From contig MU054187.1 of the NCBI GenBank assembly GCA_013239625.1, forward strand, positions 24,368,433-24,432,432: a stretch of 64,000 nucleotides of DNA, written 5' to 3'. The stretch's first letter is position 1. Each line of letters starts with the position of its first letter. Positions 50,991 through 63,335 of the stretch are shown one piece after another. Below the pieces are notes generated by a model. That model was not told the DNA's origin, did not search any database, and saw only the letters and a program-made list of their open reading frames with translations. This DNA comes from Lama guanicoe (taxonomy: Eukaryota). The translations under genes and the position numbers were made by a program.

Positions 50991-52569
50991 AATACCTTTG
51001 TAAGTGCTCATATACTAAAAACACATTTAGGCTTCTTTTTCTTCTTTTTTTGACTGAAGTATAGTTGATTTACAGTATGTGTTAGTTTAAGGTATACAGC
51101 CAAATGACTTTTTTTCAGATTCTTTTCTACTATAGATTATTACAATATTTTGCATATAATTTTCCATGCTATACAGTAAACATTTGTTTCTTACCACTTT
51201 ATGTATAGTAGTTTGTTTCACTTAATCCTATACTCCTAATTTGTTCCTCCCCCATTCCTTTCCCATTTGGTAACCGTAAATTTGTTCTCTACATCTGAGT
51301 CTGTTTCTGCTTTGTACATAGATTCATTTATATTATTTTTACATTCCACATATAAATAATATCATATAATATTTGCCTTTGTCTGCCTTACTAAGTATAA
51401 TATTCTCTAGATCAATCCATGTTGCTTCAAAGGGCATCATTTCATTTTTTATAGCTGAGTAATATTCCACTGTGTATATAGAACCCCCTTCTTAATCCAA
51501 TTGTCTTTTTATGGTCACTTGGGTTGTTTCCACGTCTTGGCTATTGTAAATAGTGCTGCTATGAACATTGGGGTGCATGTGTCTTTTCAAATTAGAATTT
51601 TGTCTTTTCCAGGTATATACCCAGGAGTGGGGTTGTTGGATCATATAGTAATTCTATTCTTAGTTTTTTGAGGGGCCTCCATGCTGTTTTCCTTACTGGC
51701 TGCACCAAATTACATTCCCACCAAGAGTGAAAGAGAGTTCCAAAAAGGGAATACACCCTCTCCAACATTTATTGTTTGCAGACATTTTGATGATAGCCAT
51801 TGTGTGAGGTAATAGTTTTGATTTTCATTTCTCTAGTAGTTAATGATGTTGAGAATCTTTTCAGGTGTCTGTTGGCCATCTGCATGTCTTGTTTGGAGAA
51901 ATGTCTGTTTAGATATTCTGCCCATTTTTTTTTGATTGAGTTGTTTGTTTTCTTGATATTAAGTTGTATGAGCTGTTTGTATATTTTGGATACTAACCCC
52001 TTGTCAGTCACATCATTTGCAAATATTTTCTCCCATTCCGTAGGTTATCTTTTCATTTTATTGATGGTTTCCTTTGCTGTGCAAAACCTGTAAGTTTGAA
52101 TAGGTCTCATTTGTTTATTTTTGTGTTTAGTTCTTTTGCCTTGGGAGACTGATCTAAGAAAATATTGCTACAATGTATATCAGAGAATATTTGCCTATAT
52201 TCACTTCTAGGAGTTCTATGGTGTCACGTCTTACATTCAGGACTTTAAACTGTTTTGAGTTTATTTTGTGAACGCTGTGAGGGGGTGCTCTAACTTCACT
52301 GGCTTACATGCAGCTGTCCTGCTTTCCCAGCACCACTTGTTGAGCAGACTGCCTTTTCTCTATTGTGTATCCCTGCCCCCTCTGTTGTAGACAAATGACC
52401 ATAGGTGTATGGGTTTATTTCTGGGCTTTCTACCCTGTTCCATTGATCCATATACCTGTTTTTTTTGTGCCAATACCACATTGTTTTGATTCCTGTAGCT
52501 TTGTAGTATAGCCTAAAGCCTGAAAGGGTTATGTCTCCAGCTTTGTTCTTTTTCCTCAGGATTGCTTTG
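50991..52569 (-). mobile_element. L1 (ORF2 3' part and 3'UTR) inserted into an L1MA9-like 3' end (50840-50990 and 52570-52735)
   Basis: [23 protein letters not shown] and [13 protein letters not shown]; near-identical GGAAAAA(G/A)TATTTTT on both flanks. Confidence 0.85.
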
Positions 52570-52735
52570 GGAAAAAATATTTTTCTTACGTGTTGTATCT
52601 ATGTGGGATGTTGGATGTTCACTATATTTGGTGTGGTAATCATTTCATGATGTATGTAGTCAAATCATTATTCTGTACTCCTTAAACTTATACAGTGCTA
52701 TATGTCAATTATCTCTCAATAAAACTGGGAGAAAA

Positions 52736-53620
52736 TAAAAACCAAAAAACAACCCAATATAAAAATTGGGCAAAAGACTCAACTAGGCACTCCATAAAAG
52801 AAAATACCCAAATAGTCAATAAGCACATGACAATACCTTTAACATCACCAGTCACAGGTAAATACAAATTAAAACCAAACAGAGATAATACTACATACCC
52901 ACCAGAATGGCTAAAATTGAAATACAAAGTATGGATGAATGTGTAGAAGAACAGAAACACTTAAACTGCTGTGGGATTTTAAATTTGTACAAACACTGTG
53001 AAAACCACTTCAGAACTTCCTACTAAGTTTCAAGATACAGATAACCTATGATGCAACAATTTCACTCCTAGGTATACACCCAGCAAAAATGACAACACAT
53101 ATGCACAAACAAATATGTACAAGACTATCTCTAGCAGCCTTCTTTGTGATAGTCACAAAGCTGAATATAATCCAAATATCCATCAACATTAGAATCAGTA
53201 AATGATGTTACATGCATACCAAAAAAAATATTTACAGCAATGAAAATTAACTGCAATGACAGGTAGCAATATGGGTAAATTTCACGAATATGCAGAGAAA
53301 AAGAAACTAGACACAAACTCTACATACTAGATTATCCCATTTACATAATTTAAAAAAACAGATGCAAACTATGGATAAGATTATAAAGAGCAGCTTGAAA
53401 GCAATTATTATTAAAGTCAGAGTAGCCTGTACTTTTGGGGGAAAGGAGAGAATTGTAAATAGTATGGGCACCACATATATTTGTTTGTTTTAACACCATC
53501 TTTATTCACTTGGGTGATAGTTAAATGATCTTTTGTGATAAACCATTGATCCATATGTTTTTGGGTTTTGCCTTTTTCTCCATGTCTGTATTTCACCATA
53601 AATAAAGTTCTATACAATTA
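52736..53620 (+). mobile_element. Ancient L1 (L1ME-like) 3' region
   Basis: AAAAATTGGGCAAAAGACTC...CCCACCAGAATGGCTAAAATT...CAATTTCACTCCTAGGTATACACCC. Confidence 0.75.
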
Positions 53621-54139
53621 TGAAGGGAGGGCCCCATACTAACCTCACAATGGTAATTACTTTATAAAAGAAGATATCCAAGTGGTCAATAAGTAGCTGA
53701 AAATACCTTAGAAGGGAAGGGAACAGCACAAGCAAGTGCATTCAAAGAGCATTCAAGAGTATCTGTAACATTTTATTTCTTGAGGAAAAAACCTGAAGAA
53801 ATAATGTCCAAATGTGAGCTGGTTAGGTCTCTTAAATCTGTTGTACACTAATTATATTATTATTCTCTGTCCATTTCTGTATGTTTGAAACACTGGAAAA
53901 TAATTTTTTTTTAATTTTTACTCCTTATCACTCTATTTTGCAAACTCTAAAAGGGCAATTTTAAACCTCTGTCTCCCAAGGGATCAGTTCAATGCATAGT
54001 AAATTTAAAACAAATAATTTTGTTGATTTGTTTGTGTTTCATGGCAAGTGTATTTCAATTGAGAAGACAAAATATTCTTAATTAGCTCTCCATCTACCCA
54101 ATATTCTTATTTTTCGTTATTTTTCCTGTCAAATAGAAT

Positions 54140-54535
54140 CTAGCCATCTTGGCCCTGGAACTTCACTCTTTTCTCTGCCTACATTGTTTCTCCTCAGGTT
54201 TTTGCAGGCTAGTTTTTTGCTTTTTTTTTTATAAACTGTGTTTCAGTTTAAAGACTCTTCTTTACTAAGAGGTTCCCTGAGTGTGATATCCACCATTCTC
54301 TGTACAAATAGTCAGTCATTATTAAAACTCCTTTTTCCTTCTTCAGACACTAATCTTTATATGAAAATATATTTCTATTTTTTAACCTGTTTATTATCTC
54401 ACTCCCTTTACTGATATTCAAAATCTAACAGAGCAAAATACCTGTTTATATAGTTCACCACCATAAGCAGCAAGCAGAACAGTGCCTGACAAACAGTGTA
54501 CATTTTAATAACTATTGGTTGGATAAATGACCCAA
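54140..54535 (+). mobile_element. L2 3' fragment
   Basis: GTTCACCACCATAAGCAGCAAGCAGAACAGTGCCTGACAAACAG...ATAACTATTGGTTGGATAAATGA. Confidence 0.65.
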
Positions 54536-56129
54536 TCAAGGCAATCAGAATTTTACTCTGCATTTCATTTTATTGGCTATCTGTCTACTTATCTATCTAT
54601 CTATCCATCCATTCAGAAAACATCATATGTATACACATAATTGAGGCAGAAAGGATTAACTTGGGAAATTTGTCAGGATAAATGGAATTTACTAATGCAA
54701 TTCAGAATGTAAGCTGTCAGTTGTTACTATGCATTAACTACAAGCTAAAATTATGATCCACATTTTAGATAAATTTTAAGAGAAAGTTTTAAATGTTTTC
54801 TGGACTCAGAGGGCAAGCAGTTGAAGAACAGAGCCATTTGGCACCTTACTAATACATCCTTGTACCCTACAAGGTAATGCCATCTATTAAAACCAGACTC
54901 CAAAGCACTGCAGAAGGAAATAGAACTTTAAATGGTCAAAAAAAGATAAAAGTACTTTTCCTATTGCAGTATAGTACTGACAAAGTACAAAAAAATTTTG
55001 AGTTATCTATATTTGTGGAAATCTTGAGAGAGAAATCCTATTTTAAGAAATATCTAAGCTATGTCTGACCTGACCATGTAATAAAAAATTTTTTAATACT
55101 TGTAAATTTTGCATGCTGAAATTGGTAGAATTTGGAATTATTCAATAAATCTGATTTTAATTTCCTATGACACTGTAAGAAACAACTTCAGTTATGAAGA
55201 GTTTATTTATAAGAATCAGAAAGCTTCTAGGAAGGGAAGAAATGTCATTTCACATATGGTAAATTGCAGACTATATTTAATTCCTCAAATGACATGGAAA
55301 TGATTATTTTTAAATAAGGATGCTACCCAGGCCGTTAACAGCATCTGAAACAGTAACTGTAATAAAATATTTCAATTAATTGTAAGTTGATGATGTTAGT
55401 TATTCTCAAAATAGGAATCATCAATTACCAGAAAACATGTGTCTGTTATGTGATTTAACACATAACCTTTAAATAAAGTGAAGCAGCCACTACGTGGAAA
55501 AAAATCTATAAAATTATAAAAAGGGTATATAATATCTTAGACTGTTAACATAAAATACAAAAAAATTATTTAAGGGAGAAAAACATTACAAGGAAGATAT
55601 ATAACTGAGGTAATAAGTCACAAGAATATCTGGAAAGAAATAATAAACATTTTATAAAATGACTCTGACAAATAATCAAATTAATTTAAATCAAATAATT
55701 TAAATACATTAATTTAAATAATTAAAATTTTGCTGATGACCATTTTTAAAGAATCCCTTTTTGGAGGCAGAGATATATACTTTCTGTTTTTTCCTATTTT
55801 TAATTGTTTTAATTCTTGTTTATCTGTTTTTTTCTTTTTTTCCCTCCCAACCTACATTTCCTAGTGTTAGATTTTTTTCTTTTTTAAGTTACTTCTTTTT
55901 AGAGAGTGAAAAGAGAGATTCCACTGGTATTACTTACTAAAGTCTTTTCACATTTGGAGGAAATTAGAGCCTTTTGAGGAGTATGCTTTAGTTTAAATTA
56001 ACAACTGTGACATCAGTTAAATTGATGTGATAATAACCAAAATGCCCCATTTGTTTTCATTCAAATTAGAAGCTTGTTGAAAAAGTGATTAACTGATCAC
56101 TAATTGGACTTGGTTAAGAGTCAAGCCTC

Positions 56130-57200
56130 AATTTATTTATTAATATGTATTGACTGCATATATAGTGGGTCTGCTTCAGTGCTAAGAGGTAAGAATAATA
56201 AAATAAATAAGACATGAGCCCTCCTTTCAAGGGATTCGAAATCTATTGGCAAAGTTTGAATATAAACAGAAAATCATCACACAATGCAGAAAGACAAGGA
56301 CTCGTAGACATCTCTACTTGTACTCCAAAATTCCTCCAGGATAAGATGTCCATAACTGCTGTCACAATCCTTACCTCAAGAAAATTGTTTCTCCTCCCCT
56401 AATTCTCTCTTCAGCAAACTGCACAACATCCAATCAGTTGTCGATGACAGACAACCGCGAGCAACTTTTCACAGCTCTCCCTATCCTCCTGGCCACTAAT
56501 ATCAAGTCTATCACCAAGTTTTGTCTATTCCAGCACCAAAAATCTATGAAAGCAATTCACTTCTCTGCATCTCCACTTCCACCACTTTAGTCTAAAAGCA
56601 TCCATAATCTCTTCCTTAAACTCCATCAGTAACTTTCAGTCTCCATACTTCCAATTCTGCAATCACTTCCTCTCACTGCATTCAGATTAATCATTTTTAA
56701 AGTAGTTCTTCCTATGTTTCCTTGATGCTCAAATTCCTTCAGTGTCTTTTGTTGCTGTGGAGATAAGAAGAGGATCTGGGTTTAGAGACAATTCTCAAGC
56801 ACAATAAATAGCATGTGACATATGGAATGGGGAAGAGAGGAATTTAAGCAGTTCCACAAATTCACTTGAGAGACTGGGGTAATAATATAATTTTAAGAGA
56901 TCAAGGTACAGGGCAAATAAGAAAGGAAGGTGGATTTCATATCAGACCTGCTGAGCTTGTAGAATCTATGGGAAATTCAGGCGGTGATCAGTAGCCATGG
57001 GAAAGGTGGAACCTAGAGACAGGTTCAGTTGTTGAAGCCATAGACATGAATTAAATTCTCAGGAAATATTTGTAGAGCAAGAAATGGGGACTAAGAATGT
57101 AACCATGAGGAATATTAACATTTAGAGGGGAAGACTGACAGAAGATGAAACGTAAGTAAAGGAGACTGAGAACAAAGTGGGGAAAAAAGGAAATCAGGAA
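56130..57200. mobile_element. L2 fragments in both orientations
   Basis: ATTTATTTAATATGTATTGACTGC...; TCAAGTCTATCACCAAGTT...CACTTCTCTGCATCTCCACTTCCACCACTTTAGTC; GTTGAAGCCATAGACATGAA. Confidence 0.65.
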
Positions 57201-57419
57201 ACTGGAATAATGTATGTCACCTTTTATTCTATAGTGAGGTCAGTTCTTAATTTTATCTTTTGAGAAAATGAACCATGGATGAAAATGCCTAGTAATCTGA
57301 TGTGATCATTTCTTTACCAAGTGAACTTCGTGTTTTTAGACCTCAAGTGAGCAGAGTTGAGTTCATCTTGCTTCTTGTTTTATTATACATTACCACTGAT
57401 CCATATGAGGCTCTGTCTT

Positions 57420-58275
57420 ATTTATTTGTTTACTTTATTCCCTTTTAGTGCTCATGTCCACCATTCTAATAGATAGCCCTTCTAGGGCATTCTATTGTGT
57501 TTAATGTGTACCATTTTTTGTAAGTATTCTTGTAAAATGTTCTCTGATTAGTGAACAATATTTAATATTTTGATTGACTGATATTGTATAACTGTTTAAT
57601 CTTTATTATTCCTCTTTCACAGCCATATTTTTAAGATCTATTCATTGCTATGTGTGCTTCTAATTCATTGCTCCTAACTGCTACATGAAACCACCACATT
57701 TTACCTATCTAAATTCCCCGTGATGAATAACCAGGTTGTTTCAAATTCCCAAAACAATAATAATGTTGCAGTAACATTCCCATTTACGTATGCCTTTTTG
57801 GGGCCTTACAAAAGAATTTCTTCAGATTAAATATTCAGGATCAGATTTTATTGGTCAAAATGCATGCACATAATTAATTTGGGTAACTATTGCCATAGTG
57901 CCCTCTGGACTGCCCTGGTTCACACTTCTTCCAGGAAAACATACGGGTTCTTGTATCATTCCATACTGATCAACAGTTGCCACATTGATCTTTGATAACT
58001 ATTACTGGGTAATAGATGAAACGTGATGTCTTACTTCAACTCTCATTTCTGATCATTTATGATTTGTGGCATCCGTTCAGGTGTCAGATCTTGATCTCCT
58101 TTTTTGGTAAATTGCCTGTTTGTATCTTGTATCCATTTTTTTTTTCTACTGGTTATTTTTTTCTTTTCTTGTTAATTGATGGAGAGTCTTGGGCACTGAA
58201 TATTAGTGCTTTGTCAGTTTTAGACTGTGACCGTATTTTATTCCATTACATCATCTGTCTGATACATCTGTCCAT
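57420..58275 (-). mobile_element. Ancient L1 (L1ME-like) fragment
   Basis: TTTTTAAGATCTATTCATTG...CCAGGTTGTTTCAAATT...GTAAATTGCCTGTTTGTATCTTGTATCCATTTTT. Confidence 0.7.
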
Positions 58276-58279
58276 GAGG

Positions 58280-59075
58280 CTCATATTAGTCTCCTAGAGC
58301 TTCCCTAACAGAGCACACAAACTGGATGAATTAAAACAGCAGAAATTTATTATCTCACATTTTTTAAGCTTAGAAATCTTAACTCAAGACACTGGTTCCC
58401 TCTGAAGACTTGAAGGGAAGATCCTCCTTTGTCTTTTCCAGCTTCTGGTAGCTCCTGGTGTTCCTTGGCTTATGACTGCATTACTCTAATCTCTATTTTG
58501 ACCAACACATGGCCTTCTTCCCTCTGTGTGTCTGTGTTTCTGTGTGTCCACATGGTGTCTTAGTCCTTTCAGGCTGCAGTAACAAAATACCAGAGACCAG
58601 GTGGCTTATAAGCAACAGACATTTGTTTCTCACAGTTCTGGAGGTCAGAATTCCAAGATCAGGGTGCCAGCATGGGCAAGTGAGAGTTCTCTTCCAGGTT
58701 TCAAACTTCTCAGTGCATCCTCACGTGGTATAAGGAGCCAGCTAGCCCTGTGCACCCTCTTTTATAAGGGCACTCATCCCACTGATGAGGGTTCCACCAT
58801 CATGACCTAAGTGCCTCCCAAAGGCGCCACCTCCTAAAATCTTCACATTAGGCTTTAGGATTTCAACATATGAATTTTGTGGGGACACAAACATTCAAGC
58901 CAAGGCACATGTTACCAGTTATTAGATTTTAGGGCCCACAATAACCCTGTAATGCCTCATCTTAATTTAACAAACTACACCTGCCAAGACTGTTTCCAAA
59001 TAAGGTCACATTCTGAGGTTCTGGGTGAACAAGAATTTTGGAATTTTGGAGAGACACTATTCAACCCCATTCAAT
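58280..59075 (-). mobile_element. MLT1-family LTR split by an MLT1A-like LTR (58556-58907)
   Basis: Inner element TGTCTTAGTCC...AAACATTCAAGCCAAGGCA with imperfect 5-bp TSD CATGG/CATGT; outer halves show MLT1 motifs. Confidence 0.75.
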
Positions 59076-59099
59076 GCCCTTTTTTTTAAAAAAAAATTA

Positions 59100-59345
59100 T
59101 CTAATGTTCAACAGTGATTATAGTTTAAAATACTCTATTATATACTTGAAAGTTGCTAAAAGAAAAGATTGTAAATGTTCTTGGCACAAAAAAAATGATA
59201 ACTATATGAGTTGATAGAGGTGTTAATTAATGCTACTTTGGTAATCATTTTACAATATACAAGTGTACCAAAGCACCATGCTGTGTATCTTAAACTTATG
59301 CAACGTGTCAACTTTATCTCAGCAAAGATAGGAAAAAATAAAACA
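59100..59345 (+). mobile_element. L1MA-like 3'UTR end
   Basis: ATATACTTGAAAGTTGCTAAAAGA...GGTAATCATTTTACAATATAC...CTTAAACTTATGCAA. Confidence 0.75.
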
Positions 59346-59409
59346 TGTTGGTATTGAAAGATACATAAATAAATGAATAATTCCAAAAATAAAAATTGCA
59401 TTGTTCCAC

Positions 59410-60065
59410 CTAGGGGAGGACTTCAGTCTATATATTCTCTTAATAAGACTGTTAAGCCTTCCCAGCATTTAGCTGGGATTCATGTAGCTTGAAAGGAGCT
59501 AGCTGTACCTCTGTCTTGACCCTAACTGAGTTTATTCCAGTGGTCACAGTAATTGATTCAGGCCTGGAGACATGACTCAGTTCAGGCCAAAAAGACATTT
59601 CCTGAAGATATTTGGAAAAGAAACATCTTTACTATTACAAAAGATCTCCCAAGAAAGGGTTCCCTCTTCTAGAAGGAAGTGACCAAGGAGATTTGGAGCT
59701 CTGTGTAATGACTGACAACCATTTTACTACCATAATGTAAGCTAGCCTGAGAATGAAGCTAACCACAATCTTGGGAAACCATGAGAAACTGCAGATAAAC
59801 TGAAGTTGAGTCCTAAGTTTTGGGTGTTCAGTCATGTTAATGTAAGTTTTTCTGGGTGAATAAGCAGGTTCAGCGTTCCATCACTGTCTCGTTATATGGC
59901 ATTAAGTTACTTAACTTCCCTAAGCTTCGCTTTCCCCATCTGTAAAATGGAATGTCTATAGTATCTACCTCACCGAGTTTTGGGAGAATTCAGTAAGACA
60001 ATGTATGGCACTTAGTCCAGAACTGATCGACTGAAAGTGTGCGGTAACTGTGAGATATCATTACG
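59410..60065 (+). mobile_element. MLT1I/J-like LTR (~59410-59840) followed by a MIR (~59860-60065)
   Basis: CAGTAATTGATTCAGGCCTGGAGACATGACTCAGTTCAGGCCAA; AAGTTACTTAACTTCCCTAAGCTTCGCTTTCCCCATCTGTAAAATGG. Confidence 0.65.
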
Positions 60066-60203
60066 GTGGTTGTAACCATCATCATCATTATTACTTGTAT
60101 CACTGACATTATTAGATGAAGTAGCGAACCCAGGATGACCTCTCAAATTTTCTGTCTCCTAGATTGTGCTTCTTTCACTTAAACCAAGTTATCCAGGGGA
60201 GGA

Positions 60204-60292
60204 GGGGTGGGTGTAGCTTGGTACAGCACATGCTTAGCATGCGTGAGGTCCTGGGTTCAATTCCCAGCACCTCCATTTAAAAAAAAAAAAAG
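60204..60292 (+). mobile_element. Short tRNA-Ala-derived SINE (head plus poly-A only)
   Basis: GGGGTGGGTGTAGCTTGGTACAGCACATGCTTAGCATGCGTGAGGTCCTGGGTTCAATTCCCAGCACCTCCA followed by poly-A. Confidence 0.8.
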
Positions 60293-61170
60293 GAAAACTT
60301 GTTAAAATTACAATTATTTATTCATTTTGCAAACAAAGAATCCTATTCTGTGCAATGTATAAGGCTAAGCACCAAGGACACAGCTGTGAACAAGATACAG
60401 ATGATTCTAATCAAGAAGTTTATAGGGGGCTGGGGATGCTGGCCTGGGGCATCATTTACTGCTGACGAGTCAGCTGTCCTTGAATGAGCCCTTTTTTGAC
60501 CGAGTGATCCAGCGAAATGGGATTCCATGTTCGGAAACCATTGTTATAAAGCAATTCGTTTGGAAACTACAAGAATGAAAGAAATCAGAGAAGAGCAATT
60601 ATAGAAAGTCACACCATCCAAGCTACTGTGCCTTGAGAAGATTAAAAAAACACACCTAGTAAAGAAGGGAAGTATGGCGGAGAGTCAAGAAAGTGTGCTT
60701 CCGTCTGAAATCACTCCAGCGCTCTTTAAAGAATGGGTCTCCTTATGATTATTACTAAGCCTCTGTTGCATGAGGACTTCATCAACTTGTTAGTATTTTT
60801 CAGCACCGCAGTGTTACACCTAAAAGTGGAAATCTAAAATAAAAGCAATATTTTTCCTTACCAATCTTGATAAATGAGGTATATTCCAGAAGAATTCTAA
60901 AACAAGTTGATTATTTTCATGAGTTAAAAATAAAGACGATTGTTTACTTCATGTGTATGTTCCCAGGCAGGCAGTGGAAGTATTTTATCACAGAGGATAA
61001 ACATTATCAAGAGGTATAATGCTGAAGAAAAACTCTGCTGAAAATGTTTGGGGGAGAAAAGTAAGCTAGAAATAGAAAAAAAATACTTTTCTTTATGAGA
61101 AAATAGCTAGGAAGAAAACAAACAAGCAAACAAAGGAAGAAAAAGGAGGAAATAAAACACAACTACATAC

Positions 61171-61293
61171 CCTGAGGAGAAAGAGACAAAATCTATGCAG
61201 CCAATAAATAATCCCCTTGTCGGAGAATCTATACCCTGTCCAAAGAGGCCAATTTGGGAACTGGCAGCAAGGATGGAGAAGGCTGGATTACAT
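61171..61293 (-). other. Candidate 123-bp internal exon
   Basis: Long polypyrimidine acceptor TTTCTCTTTGTTTTTTTTCTTTTCAATAACAG| and donor CTCAGG|GTATGT; length divisible by 3 with one open frame (CNPAFSILAASSQIGLFGQGIDSPTRGLFIGCIDFVSFSSG). Confidence 0.4.
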
Positions 61294-63179
61294 CTGTTAT
61301 TGAAAAGAAAAAAAACAAAGAGAAACATATAAAAGACACAGGAAGCCTGCACCTGACGCTTCTGTAAAAATGATTATAAACTGAATCTGTTGGTTTCCAT
61401 GTTTCCAGGGAGTTTTCAATTTTCTGGGCTTGAGATGAAGTGAAAGCAGGAGGGAATTTTCCTTTTCTACCCTGAGCTCTAATTTCATGTGTGACCAGAA
61501 ATCACCCCCAAATGCCTCTCAGAGTTACCACTCAACTGCCTTTACTTTCTGTCCCATCTGGTGTATTTTTCTTTCCTGATCTGTCCTTCCCTGCTCCTCC
61601 TTGCTGGGATCTGTACTGTTCAGATTGAAAAGATAAGATATCAGGAAAGAAGCAGCGGGATGAGAAGCAGAGAGAACTCTGCTAGAAGGACGAGGTGGGG
61701 AAACGAAAGTGGGGCTCTTGTCTCTCACACAATGCCCGGCCAACCCTCTATCTCCCCATCACAGCAGGTAACACTCTTTGTTTACTTGCCCATGTCCCCT
61801 CTAAAGGCAGAGATCATTCTGTGTAGTTGTCCACTTCGTCCCAAGTCTTGAATAGGGAAATATCCAATATTTTATAATAGGAATTTTGAGAAAATATACT
61901 TTAAAAATCCTATTCAATAACCAAGTATCCCAAAGGATCTGTGCTAACTGACATTACGGCAGAGCTCAGATCCAGTGAGATGAGTATCAATCACGGAAAA
62001 TTTTTCCTCTCATCTAACTATCCAATACTTTGGACTCTGAAAGCCTGATAATAACCCATCAATAAGTACTTGTCCTCAGCCTACCTAGTGACAGTAAAGT
62101 CTTGAGTGGCATAAAATACATGTCACCCAGGATTCAGGCCTCCAAAATTTTACAACAAAGTCAAATGAACAAGGCAGTATCTTATATTCAAATTACACAG
62201 CAGTTCAATTTAAGGACTAAATTATGCAGAACAAATACTTAATGGATATGAATACATGTGATAAATTAAACACATTTTACATAGGAAATAAGTACAGATG
62301 AAGTTGGAGGGGAAGGTGGAAGTTGTTAGATATGACTCAGATTCAAAAGACAGCTACAGTGTGGGGAGGTATTTAAGATAAAATTTCTGGATTTTGTTTC
62401 TATTATGAGAAGATTAAACAAAGAACCAAGAATAATTTTAATTAGATCTATTCCATTCATATTTCTTATAGAGTACTAACTTTCTTAAGGTATTTTTAGA
62501 AATTATGAACTTGAATATATGTAAATATTTTAAATCAGTAGAATATATTATTCATAGATGGTAATCTCTTTAAAATCTAACCTTTTTAAAGTTAAAAGCT
62601 TAAAATCTAATCTTTTTAAAATTTTCCCTATTCTTAAAATATTCTAATTTAGTTTAAAATTTTCTTATTATCTAAAGTATAGTGTTTATTACCTCCTGTA
62701 TAAAAATAAAATTTACATTAAAATATTTTTTCTTTTATTGTAACTATACCAGACATTCATATTCATAAAAGAAACTGAAGAGCAAGCAGGTAAGGAAAAG
62801 AAATTATAATTCTACCACTCAGAGATAAGCATTATTAATATTTTGGGATATATCCTCTAGTCCATTTTTTATAAAATACACATTTTATTAAAAAGAAATC
62901 TTTTATCTGCTTTTTGCCTTTCTTCTTTAACAATTTATCAGAAGTATCAGAAAGTATATATTCAAGACCAATGAAATTTTAAGATTTTTGTCTTAGAACT
63001 TATCTATACAAAGTTTATTTCAAATGTCATGTTTTAGTTTTTGGATTTTTAAGTGGTTCTATTTTTCTCTCTTCATTTTACTCCTTAGTGCACAAAATAC
63101 ATGGAGCCAAATAATTTTTTAATAGTTATGAAGTCAAAAGAAATTTAAGAGTCCTCTCAAAATGGGGTCATATGACAGA

Positions 63180-63335
63180 AGCCTCAGATGACACAGGGCA
63201 TCTATACATGAGTTCATGTCCAGTTCTGCCACTGAGCATCTGAGTCCTCCTGGGCAAGCCACTCCTCACTTTGAGATGTACAGATGAGCTATTAAATGTT
63301 AAACAACCTCTGAATCTCCCATGAGTCTACTTAGA
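63180..63335 (+). mobile_element. MIR fragment
   Basis: ATGAGTTCATGTCCAGTTCTGCCACTGAGC...CTGGGCAAGCCACT. Confidence 0.55.

Noticed and set aside
51004..51021. GTGCTCATATACTAAAA resembling the U6 snRNA 5' region
   Set aside because: Only a ~15-nt imperfect match with no further U6 sequence; likely chance
60674..60748. ATG in good Kozak context (AGTATGGCG) opening a 24-codon ORF
   Set aside because: Too short, with no splice donor or promoter/CpG-island support
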